Origin: a virus
Taxonomy: Duplodnaviria; Caudoviricetes
DNA: 25,788 bases
Virus record (IMG/VR): IMGVR_UViG_3300025084_000191
Location: 1-25,788 of that record
Reading direction: 5' to 3' (one strand)
Positions 1 to 9,160 of the stretch are shown one piece after another (position 1 is the stretch's first letter; each line of letters starts with the position of its first letter). Made by a program: the position numbers and the translations under genes. Below the pieces are notes generated by a model that was not told the DNA's origin, ran no database searches, and worked only from the letters and a program-made list of their open reading frames with translations.

Positions 1-5
1 TAAAC

Positions 6-173
6 TCATTCTATATTATTTAAAGTTGTTAATTGTGCTTCTAAACAAGCCTTAGCCTCAAATACTCCACCATCAGCAATAACTCTTGCTTTAAAGTCAC
101 TAACCTGCTTTTGTACAGGGGTTAATCCTCCTTTATTACTAGAAGGTAAAGACATTCCTAGTGCTAATCTCAT
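6..173 (-). CDS. Small tail-fibre-associated hypothetical protein, 55 aa (not in ORF track)
   Basis: Reads MRLALGMSLPSS...FKARVIADGGVFEAKACLEAQLTTLNNIE. Its ATG overlaps the upstream TAA (TAATG) and its TGA overlaps the next ATG (ATGA, MSL... running off the window at position 9). Confidence 0.8.
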   Translation of the reverse strand: MRLALGMSLPSSNKGGLTPVQKQVSDFKARVIADGGVFEAKACLEAQLTTLNNIE

Positions 174-457
174 TATGAAATAGCGTCATAGTAACAAATA
201 GCAATGCCACTTGTTAATTGTATATCAGTTACTGCAAGAAATAATGTAGTACCTGCTGCATAAGTAGTTTGTAATCTAGTTGCTGATGAACCTGTAACTG
301 CTTGTACGTTAGTTGCAGTAATATCTGCTACTACACTTTCCACAGGGAAATATATTGCATAATAATCTTTACCTGTCATTGCTGTTGTACCTATAACATC
401 ACATTTTTTTTTGCCTAATTGCTCTGTTAAGAGTTGTTGTACGCTTTTTATTGTCAT
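173..457 (-). CDS. Hypothetical virion protein, 94 aa
   Basis: Beta-rich, Thr/Ala-rich ORF in the late operon with an A-rich leader. Confidence 0.6.
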   Translation of the reverse strand: MTIKSVQQLLTEQLGKKKCDVIGTTAMTGKDYYAIYFPVESVVADITATNVQAVTGSSATRLQTTYAAGTTLFLAVTDIQLTSGIAICYYDAIS

Positions 458-468
458 TTTTTAGTTTT

Positions 469-951
469 TTATTGTCCGTAATATATATAATTTGTTGATG
501 AGCTTGGCTCATATTCATTGTATTGTACTTGTTGTGTTCCGTCTTTCTCTGCTACATACATCTTGCCTTTGGTAACTAACCCTTGCACTATGCCTTTAGT
601 GTCAGCAGGAGGGCTTAAAACATCATTCTCCGTTGCAGGAGCATTGTCTTCATCTATTACTACTGTACCTACCCAACTAACTTCGTAAACTTCATATTTC
701 CAATATCCTGCAGGTAAAAAGTTGATTCTACCTGAATATTCATAAGGAATTGCATTGTATGTAAAAGTAAATTCTGTATATCTTGGAAATATAGTCTCAG
801 TAGTTCCGTAAGCATATTGAACTGACTTATCCATATCATTAGTAAACTTTACTAAATGTCTTATCTGTGATGAAGCTACTAAAGTATTGATACGATTATC
901 TTCAGTTTGTAAGAAAGTTGCTAGATTAGTCTCTGTTATCGCTTGTATCAT
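469..951 (-). CDS. Putative virion structural protein (head-tail adaptor-like), 160 aa
   Basis: Follows the major tail protein, carries a GYWKYEVYE motif and is preceded by the late-promoter motif. Exact role not established. Confidence 0.55.
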   Translation of the reverse strand: MIQAITETNLATFLQTEDNRINTLVASSQIRHLVKFTNDMDKSVQYAYGTTETIFPRYTEFTFTYNAIPYEYSGRINFLPAGYWKYEVYEVSWVGTVVIDEDNAPATENDVLSPPADTKGIVQGLVTKGKMYVAEKDGTQQVQYNEYEPSSSTNYIYYGQ

Positions 952-954
952 ACT

Positions 955-983
955 ATATAATAGAAATTAAATGAATTTATTTG
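955..983 (-). promoter_or_regulatory. Putative phage late promoter, copy 1 (CAAAT-N15-CTATTATAT)
   Basis: One of five copies with an identical 15-nt spacer; 3 nt upstream of the ATG at 951. Confidence 0.75.
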
Positions 984-987
984 CTTT

Positions 988-1023
988 AAAAAAGAAAAGA
1001 GTAACAATTAAGCTACTCTCCTC
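988..1023 (-). terminator. Rho-independent terminator after major tail protein gene
   Basis: Minus strand GAGGAGAGTAGC-TTAATT-GTTACTCTTTTC followed by TTTTTT. Confidence 0.85.
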
Positions 1024-1047
1024 TAAGAAATATATGAAAACTACTAA

Positions 1048-1623
1048 TTAAGATGTTACGATTGATGTTAATTGTGTAAATCCTGCATTATCAAATGGCT
1101 CTGTTCCATAGTTTTCTAACATTGCAAATGGAATTGGCTCCATTCCGTCAAATGTTAAAGTGTAACCATTTCTATCTCCAAATGCTGCACCACTATCCAT
1201 AGTACCTGCATTAAGTTCTAATCCGTTTGACATACCTAAAGCTATAATAACGTCATTTCCACCTGCTAATTGCTGATTTAATTGTGCAAAAATTCTAACT
1301 CTACTCTGTGCTAATAATTTAATTTGATTTTGGTCCTCTTTTGAGAGTTTATTTAATATAATATTAACTGAAGGTGTTTGATAGTATGTTCCGTTTTCTC
1401 TAGAACCTACAATAGTATCTGTTACAGAAGAAACACCTAAAGGCATTGCATATCTATATATAGAAGTATTATTAAAATCAATAATATCTATTTCCAATGG
1501 ATTTGTGCCATCATAAGCGTATGTTATAGCTTCATCATATACTGAAAAATAGATGTACTTTACACCTCCACTAATTCTATTGCAGTCAAGTCCTCTTCCT
1601 TTTGTAATTGCTGTACAAGCCAT
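1048..1623 (-). CDS. Major tail (tube) protein
   Basis: MAC...KGRGLDC...GGVK N-terminus and SGAAFGDRNGYTLTFDGME C-terminus, as in Bacteroidota siphovirus tail tube proteins; directly after the capsid gene. Confidence 0.75.
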   Translation of the reverse strand: MACTAITKGRGLDCNRISGGVKYIYFSVYDEAITYAYDGTNPLEIDIIDFNNTSIYRYAMPLGVSSVTDTIVGSRENGTYYQTPSVNIILNKLSKEDQNQIKLLAQSRVRIFAQLNQQLAGGNDVIIALGMSNGLELNAGTMDSGAAFGDRNGYTLTFDGMEPIPFAMLENYGTEPFDNAGFTQLTSIVTS

Positions 1624-1644
1624 TTTTTATTATTTTTAAGTTAA

Positions 1645-1666
1645 GGGAGAGCTTTTACACTCTCCC
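1645..1666 (-). terminator. Stem-loop between capsid and tail tube genes (leaky terminator or mRNA stabiliser)
   Basis: GGGAGAG-TGTAAAAG-CTCTCCC hairpin followed only by TTAACTT, a weak U-tract. Confidence 0.65.
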
Positions 1667-1679
1667 GTTATTTGTGTTA

Positions 1680-2594
1680 TTACGATACCAATACAACGTC
1701 AGCTCCAACTCCTACTTGTACACCACCTGAGTATCTTGCTACTACTCTAATATTGTCACTTCCGTCTAAGTTAGCCATGTCCATCATATTAATTCTTGTA
1801 GCATCCGAAACTAAGTCAGTGCCGAAGAATAAGTTTGATTTTTGTGCTGCTACGATTTGGTCATCTGCCATTCCTTGACAAACTGCTAATCTAACTCCTT
1901 CAAAGATTTTAGTGTAATCTTCTGACATATTTGCAAAAGGGAAGTTAGTTAAAGCTGATATTGCAGTCATATATAATCTCCAAGACTTAGGACTTACGTA
2001 TAAGTATAAATCTTCTTTAGCATATACTGCTGTTGGAATTGCTGCTACTGCTGCACCTAAATTAGCTATAATATTAGCTGCTGTATAAGCTGTTCCTGCT
2101 CCACCTGCGTTTGCTACTGCTACTACATTTCCATCTACTGCAAATGCTCCTGTTGTAGCTGTTAAGAATCCTTCAAATTGTCCTGCTGTTCCATCAGCTC
2201 CTGACCATATAGAAGTTTCTGTACCATCTGCAATAATCTCACCTAAGTAAGAAATTACATAGTCATCAAAAGATGCTGGAGGTGGTGCGCCTGCTCCTGC
2301 TCTCATTTGTAACGCTTCCCACGAATCCAAAAGCGTGCTCTTGCAAATATCCGTATTGATTTGTAGATTCTTAGGCGTAAGAATTTGTTCGCTCAATGCT
2401 AATGTTCCTCCTTCATGAAAGTTACACGTTGCATCTTGAATCATTGCTGATGCTGCCATTCTCTGTATGTTACTTTTGTACTTGATATTTTCTATCATAG
2501 TCAAAAACTCCATAGAATTTGATTGTTTTAAAGCTGCTGAGATGTAAAATCCTGCTGCCTTTCCAGCATAATTGCTGTTTGTTGATAATGCCAT
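1680..2594 (-). CDS. Major capsid protein (HK97 fold)
   Basis: 304 aa; follows protease and scaffold; NIKYK, CKSTLLDSWEALQM and NLFFGTDL motifs typical of this phage group's capsid proteins. Confidence 0.85.
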   Translation of the reverse strand: MALSTNSNYAGKAAGFYISAALKQSNSMEFLTMIENIKYKSNIQRMAASAMIQDATCNFHEGGTLALSEQILTPKNLQINTDICKSTLLDSWEALQMRAGAGAPPPASFDDYVISYLGEIIADGTETSIWSGADGTAGQFEGFLTATTGAFAVDGNVVAVANAGGAGTAYTAANIIANLGAAVAAIPTAVYAKEDLYLYVSPKSWRLYMTAISALTNFPFANMSEDYTKIFEGVRLAVCQGMADDQIVAAQKSNLFFGTDLVSDATRINMMDMANLDGSDNIRVVARYSGGVQVGVGADVVLVS

Positions 2595-2614
2595 TTTTAT
2601 TTATTTTTTAATTA

Positions 2615-3304
2615 TTAATTGTGTAAGTTATGTAAAAATCTTTCTCGTCTTGACATTTTGCTTAAATCTTGTTTTACAACATTTGTCTTTTCTGAGCTAA
2701 ATTTATTTGTATTAATTGGTGAATCAGCAGGTAATTTTGCTAATTCAGTTTTTAGTTTTTCATTTTCAGATTTTAAATTTTCTAATTCTTCTTCTGCTGA
2801 AAATTCAACTACTTCAGTTGTTTTGATAGATTTAGGATTAGTAGATGGTTCTTCTACTTCTTCAGCTAATTCTTCAACCTCATCATCTCCCCCATCTTTA
2901 TCTTCTTTTAGTCTTGCTACTGCGTCTTCTAGGTTCTGTATTCTTTTCTCCATACCTTCCCAATCTCCTACTTCTGCATATTCTTCTTCTTCTTTTTCAG
3001 CCATTTCTTCTTTTTCTTTAGTAGCTTCTACTTCTTCTTCAGTCTCAGACTCCATAACTTCTGCTACTACACCTTCTTCCTCAACTCTAAAGCTAACCCC
3101 TTCAGCAGTCTTGTAAGTACCGATAGGTAAAAGGATAGTCGTTCCGTCCTCTGTGAGTACAGAAATATCTACTCCTGCTTCTAACTCCTCTGCAGTTGAA
3201 ACGAAAATAGTTCCGTCTTCTGACTTCGCTTGCCACTCTAATGTAATTGGTTCTTCAGTTTTGTTTAAACCAAGTGCTACTAATATTTGTTCTTTAATGT
3301 CCAT
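2615..3304 (-). CDS. Capsid scaffolding protein
   Basis: Very acidic and coiled-coil rich; LPIGTYKTAEG N-domain; lies between protease and capsid genes. Confidence 0.7.
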   Translation of the reverse strand: MDIKEQILVALGLNKTEEPITLEWQAKSEDGTIFVSTAEELEAGVDISVLTEDGTTILLPIGTYKTAEGVSFRVEEEGVVAEVMESETEEEVEATKEKEEMAEKEEEEYAEVGDWEGMEKRIQNLEDAVARLKEDKDGGDDEVEELAEEVEEPSTNPKSIKTTEVVEFSAEEELENLKSENEKLKTELAKLPADSPINTNKFSSEKTNVVKQDLSKMSRRERFLHNLHN

Positions 3305-3317
3305 AGTTTCTTTTTTA

Positions 3318-3346
3318 ATATAATAGATTTATTTTGACTTTATTTG
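3318..3346 (-). promoter_or_regulatory. Putative phage late promoter, copy 2 (CAAAT-N15-CTATTATAT)
   Basis: Same motif and spacing; 13 nt upstream of the scaffold ATG, overlapping the protease stop codon. Confidence 0.7.
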
Positions 3347-3943
3347 ATTTTCGTTAATTATTTCATTCAATGCTTCTAGTATTTGTTGGTCTGTTGGCTT
3401 TTGTTTTTGCATAGATTCAAATTTATCTGTAAAATAACCTTCTATACTTAAACCCTTAAGCTCCCCTGCTTTTATCTTTTGCCAAAGTTCTTCGTTCTCT
3501 ATCTTCATTTTGACGAACCAAGTGCCGTTAGGAAGGTCATAACCATACATCTTAGACTTATCCATATCACCTTCCTTAATCCAAGACTCAATAGTTAGAA
3601 CTCCTGAAACTCTATCTTGATGTTGATACGTAGCTTTGTGATGATTGTTATGTTTTAAATAAAGTTCACTAGCTTTTCTTACCGTATCAGGACTAAAATA
3701 AACATAGTAATCTGAGTCTGTATTTGGGTCGTGTCTAAATATTTGCTTGTTAGGAATTAAAGCAGGTGAAATTAACATACGTTTTTCTTTATCTACCTTT
3801 GCAAATGTCAAGTTGTTTTTCTCTTTACCAAAAAATACAAAGTCTTGTTCTATTGCAGGACTCGTAACCAAACTTATAGCATCAATAGCTAATTCTTGAT
3901 TATCGTCTTGAATAATTAGTTCTACTATTTTAGTTGCTTTCAT
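3329..3943 (-). CDS. Prohead (capsid maturation) protease, XkdF/Peptidase_S78_2-like
   Basis: AISLVTSPAIE, ALIPNKQIFR, ESWI, GTWFVKMKI and GELKGLSIEG motifs. Confidence 0.85.
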   Translation of the reverse strand: MKATKIVELIIQDDNQELAIDAISLVTSPAIEQDFVFFGKEKNNLTFAKVDKEKRMLISPALIPNKQIFRHDPNTDSDYYVYFSPDTVRKASELYLKHNNHHKATYQHQDRVSGVLTIESWIKEGDMDKSKMYGYDLPNGTWFVKMKIENEELWQKIKAGELKGLSIEGYFTDKFESMQKQKPTDQQILEALNEIINENQIKSK

Positions 3944-3946
3944 AAT

Positions 3947-3975
3947 ATATAATGGATTTTTAATTAAAATATTTG
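3947..3975 (-). promoter_or_regulatory. Putative phage late promoter, copy 3 (CAAAT-N15-CCATTATAT)
   Basis: Same motif; 3 nt upstream of the protease ATG. Confidence 0.75.
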
Positions 3976-3979
3976 ATTT

Positions 3980-5623
3980 TTAAATTGTAGCTCTACGTCT
4001 TATATTAGCTAATTGGTTTTGACTATTAGTCATTTCATCTGTAACTACGTATGCTCTAGTTGGTTCAGGTTCCATTCCACCACCTAATTGAAATGCTCCT
4101 GACATCATTTGAGGAGCAGGAGTTTGAGCTTCCATACCTCCACCTCCACCACCACTACTATCAGCTTTACCTCCACTCATTATTTTTTGTATTTGCATTG
4201 CTGAAAAAGCACCTGCTAATCCTGCCTGAATAAATGGATAAGCTGGAAATACTGATGTTATTGGAGACGCTGATGCAGTCGTAAAGGCATTTTGTACACC
4301 TTGTACACCTGATATTGTTGCTTGTGCTACTGCTGCTGCTTTTGCTACCTTAGTTCCTTCTCCTGCAATTTCTCCTATCAAACCTAAAGTTTGTCCTGCT
4401 ATATTTAATTTAGCATTTTTAACTGCTTCTTCTAATGCTATTTTTTCATCAGCTACTTTTTTAGCTTGTGCTTCTTCTTCATCTGCAGCTGCTTTTATTA
4501 TAGCTTGTTTTTCATCTTCAAATTGTTTCGTAATTTCAGTAGAATCAACTCCTGCTTTTCGTGCCATTTCTAGCTTTAAATCATAAGAGTTTTGTAATTC
4601 TTCTAATTCTCTTTCTATTCCTGAAAGTCCTGCAACTCTTAATTCGTTTTGAGTTTCTAGTAATTCTTTTTCTAATGCTACCTGATTAGTCTTTTGCTCA
4701 GATAGTTGTCCTGTTATAGTTTCTTCAAGCTCTAACATAGCAACTTCTTCTTGTTGTAATGCTATTAAATTTTCTTGACTTGCATTTAAATTGTATTGAG
4801 CTTGTGCTGCATCAATCTGTAATTGTATTTGTGCTTTCTGTGCTTTTTGTTGCTCTGCTAATATTTTATCTAACTTCTGATTGGCTTCTATTCTTTCTTC
4901 AAAAGTTTTAGTTTCATCATCTCTTATTTGTCTTTGTATCTCTGCGTCTTTTAAATACTGAGCATTTAATTTAGCAAATTTTACTGCTGCTAATTCTGCT
5001 GCTTTAGTCGTTGCAACTATTGCTTTAGCTTGTTTTATTGTTTTTTTAGTATAGTCTGTTATAGTTTTTGCTACTTCTTCATAACTATTATCAACACCTG
5101 TAAATACATCAACAGTTTGTTTACCAGCTTCTTTTATAGTATCAAATGCTGCACTAAATTCTCCTTTGATTAATTGTCCAAATGATTTAGCTACTAATCC
5201 AAATACTTCCAATGCTTGATTAAATCTATCTACAAGACCTTCTTTAATAGCATTTCCTAATTCTATAATTTTTTCTTTAGGATTTTCAAATAAGTCTTTA
5301 AAAAACCCTGTTATTACTCCTACGTTATCAGATATAAAACTAAATAAATCATTAAATGCTATCTCTAATGCAACCATAGTTGTGTTAAAAGCATCAACTA
5401 CTTTTTGATTCTTCATAAAGACTTCTCCAAGCTTAGCTAAAAGTGCTACTACTAATCCAATACCTGCTGCTTTTAATGCAGTACCTACTCCTTTTATAGC
5501 AGTACCCATTCCTTTAAACCCACCTGAAGCTTTATCAGTAGCTTTATCTAAATTTTTAACATCTTTAGTAACAGATTTAGTGTTACTTTTGATTTCCATC
5601 TCTAATACTTCCTTATCTGCCAT
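3980..5623 (-). CDS. Tape measure protein
   Basis: 547 aa, Ala/Gln/Lys/Glu-rich helical sequence with GIGLVVALL hydrophobic segments and a C-terminal RAYVVTDEMTNSQ motif. Confidence 0.85.
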   Translation of the reverse strand: MADKEVLEMEIKSNTKSVTKDVKNLDKATDKASGGFKGMGTAIKGVGTALKAAGIGLVVALLAKLGEVFMKNQKVVDAFNTTMVALEIAFNDLFSFISDNVGVITGFFKDLFENPKEKIIELGNAIKEGLVDRFNQALEVFGLVAKSFGQLIKGEFSAAFDTIKEAGKQTVDVFTGVDNSYEEVAKTITDYTKKTIKQAKAIVATTKAAELAAVKFAKLNAQYLKDAEIQRQIRDDETKTFEERIEANQKLDKILAEQQKAQKAQIQLQIDAAQAQYNLNASQENLIALQQEEVAMLELEETITGQLSEQKTNQVALEKELLETQNELRVAGLSGIERELEELQNSYDLKLEMARKAGVDSTEITKQFEDEKQAIIKAAADEEEAQAKKVADEKIALEEAVKNAKLNIAGQTLGLIGEIAGEGTKVAKAAAVAQATISGVQGVQNAFTTASASPITSVFPAYPFIQAGLAGAFSAMQIQKIMSGGKADSSGGGGGGMEAQTPAPQMMSGAFQLGGGMEPEPTRAYVVTDEMTNSQNQLANIRRRATI

Positions 5624-5633
5624 ATCTTTATTT

Positions 5634-6485
5634 TTAAAGTGCTACTCCTGTTTTAATTTGTGTAAATGTTATATTACTTGCCCATTCTATTGTTGTATCT
5701 GTTGCTCCTCTTACTTCTATTATAAAATCAGTACCATTAAATGTAGCTGTTGGTCTCCAATTTGTATGATTACCTGAACCCTTAATAGTATCTCTTTCTC
5801 TTTCTATGCTTAATGTTCCTGACTTATTAATAACTACTCCTCTTTCTACCCAACTTAAAAAGTCTCCAGCATTACCTGTTCCTGTGCCACCTACTCTTAC
5901 TGCTAAAACATCTGCGTGAAAATACATAGCAGTATTCTCAGGAATAGTAAAATAGTTATCTGTAATGTTATTTAAGTATGAATCTACTGTACTTCCTGCT
6001 GTTGTCTGTACTCCATACATTAATTGAATACTCTGTCTCTCAGCTAAATTGTCTGTTGGAGCATTACCTCCTAAAACTATTGAATTAGTCGCTGTAACCT
6101 CTCCTTTAGTACCATAGACACTAGAATTATTAACACCATTAGCTATTTCATTATTACTTCCTACTATAATGTTGTTTCTTGACAAACCTTTTACTTTATT
6201 ACTTTCTCCCATTATGTAGGTATTATTAGTACCTGTTTCTGTTACATTTCTTGAACCTTGTACATTGTTATTTTCATTAAATAGATTTCTCCCTAAATTA
6301 TTATTGTATGTATAAGCTTTACAAGTTCCTGTTGCTATATCATAAGTATAGCCATACGCTTCACATTGCTGTTGGTTAGGAGTTATATCATTAGTACCAT
6401 CAGTAAACGTAACTATACCTATTCCATTAATTGAATTAGGTTTTACAGGATAATCAGAAATAAAAGGAATTAGTGTTCTTGTCAT
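5634..6485 (-). CDS. Tail tip / fibre-associated protein with YadA-head-like beta-roll repeats
   Basis: QQQCEAYGYTY motif, then ~14-16 aa repeats (NNNVQGSRN, NTYIMGESN, NNIIVGSNN, NSSVYGTKG, NSIVLGGN) and a beta-sandwich-like C-terminus. Confidence 0.6.
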   Translation of the reverse strand: MTRTLIPFISDYPVKPNSINGIGIVTFTDGTNDITPNQQQCEAYGYTYDIATGTCKAYTYNNNLGRNLFNENNNVQGSRNVTETGTNNTYIMGESNKVKGLSRNNIIVGSNNEIANGVNNSSVYGTKGEVTATNSIVLGGNAPTDNLAERQSIQLMYGVQTTAGSTVDSYLNNITDNYFTIPENTAMYFHADVLAVRVGGTGTGNAGDFLSWVERGVVINKSGTLSIERERDTIKGSGNHTNWRPTATFNGTDFIIEVRGATDTTIEWASNITFTQIKTGVAL

Positions 6486-9160
6486 TATGGTATAAGTATA
6501 AATTCAACTGTTGCTAAGTCGTTTGGTTTGTAGTCTATTTTGTTTACTCTAAATTCTCTATTTTTAATAATTACAGTATCATAAAATTTAAAAGTGTTTA
6601 TATCTCCAGCTTTTAAGTTTACTTTTAAAGTCATAGTTCTTGTATCAGGATTATATAACTCGTTGAAATAAGGTAGCCAATAAGTATTAAATAGATTATT
6701 AGTAGTAGCATTACCAATAGGTTGCACAAGCTGACATTCTCCAAAATGAAAATCTTTAGTGTCTGTTACTAAAGGAGGTGTACTTGTTATAGTTGGTACA
6801 TCTGTTAAATGACTAAATTGTAAAAATTCAGTTGCATTTTCAGAAGATACTCCATTCTGTGAAGGTATGTAATAGGTACAACTTGTAAAAGTTCCTGCTG
6901 AAGCTGATTTAATTCCATTGTTAAACATTATTCTAGGACTATTATTAAAGCCATCAGAAGTACCATCATCTGCATTATAAGAATATATAGATGGAGTTAT
7001 AAAATCATAAAACTGAGACATTAAAGGTTTAGGTACAGTTGCTGCAAAAGGTTCTGCTATAATTTCTTTTGTTCCATCTAATATTGTAAATGCTGATGCA
7101 TCATATCTTTTACTACCATATAAAAAACCTGATAAAGAATTTCTATAAACATTAAAAGCATAGTCTTCATCATCTTCTACAAATTTAAAAATAGTATTCT
7201 TGTTTAAATCAGTTAAAGGTATAAGTTTCATTTCTGAAACATCTATTTTTTCTGTCCAATCTAATTGTTCACTATCACTATTATTTAAAAATACTTCATT
7301 ATAAGGTTCTATGATGATATTGTTTATATTATCCTTATCAGGAATAGAAACTAAATTAAACATAGTCATTATACCTTTTAAAAATTCCCATTGTCCTACT
7401 TCTCCTCTTAATGTATTTAAAGTTGCAGTATTAACTGAAATATTAGATACTGTAAAAACTGCTGAACTAGAAACAATTTCATTTTGCTCAATTATAGCAC
7501 TTGCATTAAATTGAGCTGACAAAGTATCTCCTGTATTTAAAGTTACTTGTAAGTTGCCTGTGTATGTAGCATTTGATGAAATTGCTATTGTCTGTAAATT
7601 AATAGGTATTGTTACACCCCCTGCTGTTGTATGTAACCATCTACAACTAACTGATGAAGGTGTACCTGCTGTATTTTTAAGTCTATATGTATAATTTATA
7701 TCATAATATTCATTGTCAGTTGTAGCTGTTATAATATATGTTAATGTATCATAATTAGGTGGAACTGTTGATGATGGTTGTCCACCTGTTACTCCAAAAG
7801 GTATTAATCTTAATTCTTTAAACGAACCATTGCCAATATTAGAAGCAACTAAAGGTCCATAATTCCAAGTTCCAGCATATTCATTTAATGAAACAGGTAT
7901 TTCATTACCTCCAAAGTTAAAGTCCATATATAACTTTTTAAAATCAGCAGTATCAAAAAAATCACTTGTAAAGCTAAATGGTGTTGCATCAAATATTCTA
8001 TCTATTAAATACTTTATATTTAAAAAAGGTCTGAATGCTTGTTCTAATGAAGTTAATTCAGGATTGTCAGGGGTTGCATTATTAAAAGCGCCATTTGCAA
8101 TTAGTATTTGATGATTCCAATCTACAAAAGGATATTTAACTGTATCAATAGTTCTAAAACCTGATGTACTTGGATTTGTGTATGTTACCCCTGTACTCCA
8201 ACTAGCTTTAATATTAGTCTTATTATATGCGTGTACAATTTCTGTAAAATCTATATCATTAAAAGTTTTGTTTTCTAATAAGTCAGCTAATGCAATAGCT
8301 TCAGAATATAGATTTACATTATAGCTTATTTCTCCTAATTTATCTTGTATGTCTATAAGTCTTAAATATCCTTGAAATAAAATAAAACCATCTTGCTTTA
8401 ATTCACATTGAGTTTTAACATAAGGATTAAATACAAAGCTATTAGTGTTTCTTGTTACTTCAAATATGTTATCGAAAATTTGATTATTTCTTTTAGTTGC
8501 TGGTAAGTTAAATGCTTTAGAATAAGACTGTACTTGTTCAGCTACATTTTTAAATTCGTCAACACTTAAAGTCAATGGTATATCTTCATCTTCATAAAGG
8601 TCTACTATTAGTTGTCCATTTCCTAATAATTGTATAGCACCACTAGGAGATTGTACAGACTGCTGTACTGATATACTTGATATTTGTGATACGCCTATTG
8701 ATTGTATTGCAATTATATCATCAGTAGAAGAAGCAGTAAAAGATACAGATTGTAAACCTGTTCCTATCAATACTGATGTGCTTTGTATTAGGTTACCATT
8801 ATATTGATAAAAATTTATACCTGATGCGTTAACTGATGCGTCTAAAATTATATCATAAGTTACACCCACAATCAGATTTGATAATTTCTGCATTATACCT
8901 ACACCTAATACCATTCCTAAATCTCCTGAAGATTCTGAAACAAAATTTGCATTTGGACTAAATCTATACCAAGTGTTTAATGTCATAGGAGATACAGTAT
9001 TTATAGCTGTCGGTACTAAATTACCTGTAACATTTACTTGTGAATTAGAAGTATTAACTGTATTAAAGTTAATTCCATCTACAACAAATTGAGTGAAGTT
9101 AGCACTTATTGGATTAGTACCATCATAAAATTGAGGATATATTATAAGTTGTATGCTCAT
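6485..9160 (-). CDS. Tail tip / baseplate hub protein
   Basis: 891 aa; DLYEDEDIPLT...SYSKAFNLPATKRNN, KYPFVDW, FLKGIMTMFNL, NLFNTYW and FRVNKIDY motifs. Confidence 0.7.
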   Translation of the reverse strand: MSIQLIIYPQFYDGTNPISANFTQFVVDGINFNTVNTSNSQVNVTGNLVPTAINTVSPMTLNTWYRFSPNANFVSESSGDLGMVLGVGIMQKLSNLIVGVTYDIILDASVNASGINFYQYNGNLIQSTSVLIGTGLQSVSFTASSTDDIIAIQSIGVSQISSISVQQSVQSPSGAIQLLGNGQLIVDLYEDEDIPLTLSVDEFKNVAEQVQSYSKAFNLPATKRNNQIFDNIFEVTRNTNSFVFNPYVKTQCELKQDGFILFQGYLRLIDIQDKLGEISYNVNLYSEAIALADLLENKTFNDIDFTEIVHAYNKTNIKASWSTGVTYTNPSTSGFRTIDTVKYPFVDWNHQILIANGAFNNATPDNPELTSLEQAFRPFLNIKYLIDRIFDATPFSFTSDFFDTADFKKLYMDFNFGGNEIPVSLNEYAGTWNYGPLVASNIGNGSFKELRLIPFGVTGGQPSSTVPPNYDTLTYIITATTDNEYYDINYTYRLKNTAGTPSSVSCRWLHTTAGGVTIPINLQTIAISSNATYTGNLQVTLNTGDTLSAQFNASAIIEQNEIVSSSAVFTVSNISVNTATLNTLRGEVGQWEFLKGIMTMFNLVSIPDKDNINNIIIEPYNEVFLNNSDSEQLDWTEKIDVSEMKLIPLTDLNKNTIFKFVEDDEDYAFNVYRNSLSGFLYGSKRYDASAFTILDGTKEIIAEPFAATVPKPLMSQFYDFITPSIYSYNADDGTSDGFNNSPRIMFNNGIKSASAGTFTSCTYYIPSQNGVSSENATEFLQFSHLTDVPTITSTPPLVTDTKDFHFGECQLVQPIGNATTNNLFNTYWLPYFNELYNPDTRTMTLKVNLKAGDINTFKFYDTVIIKNREFRVNKIDYKPNDLATVEFILIP

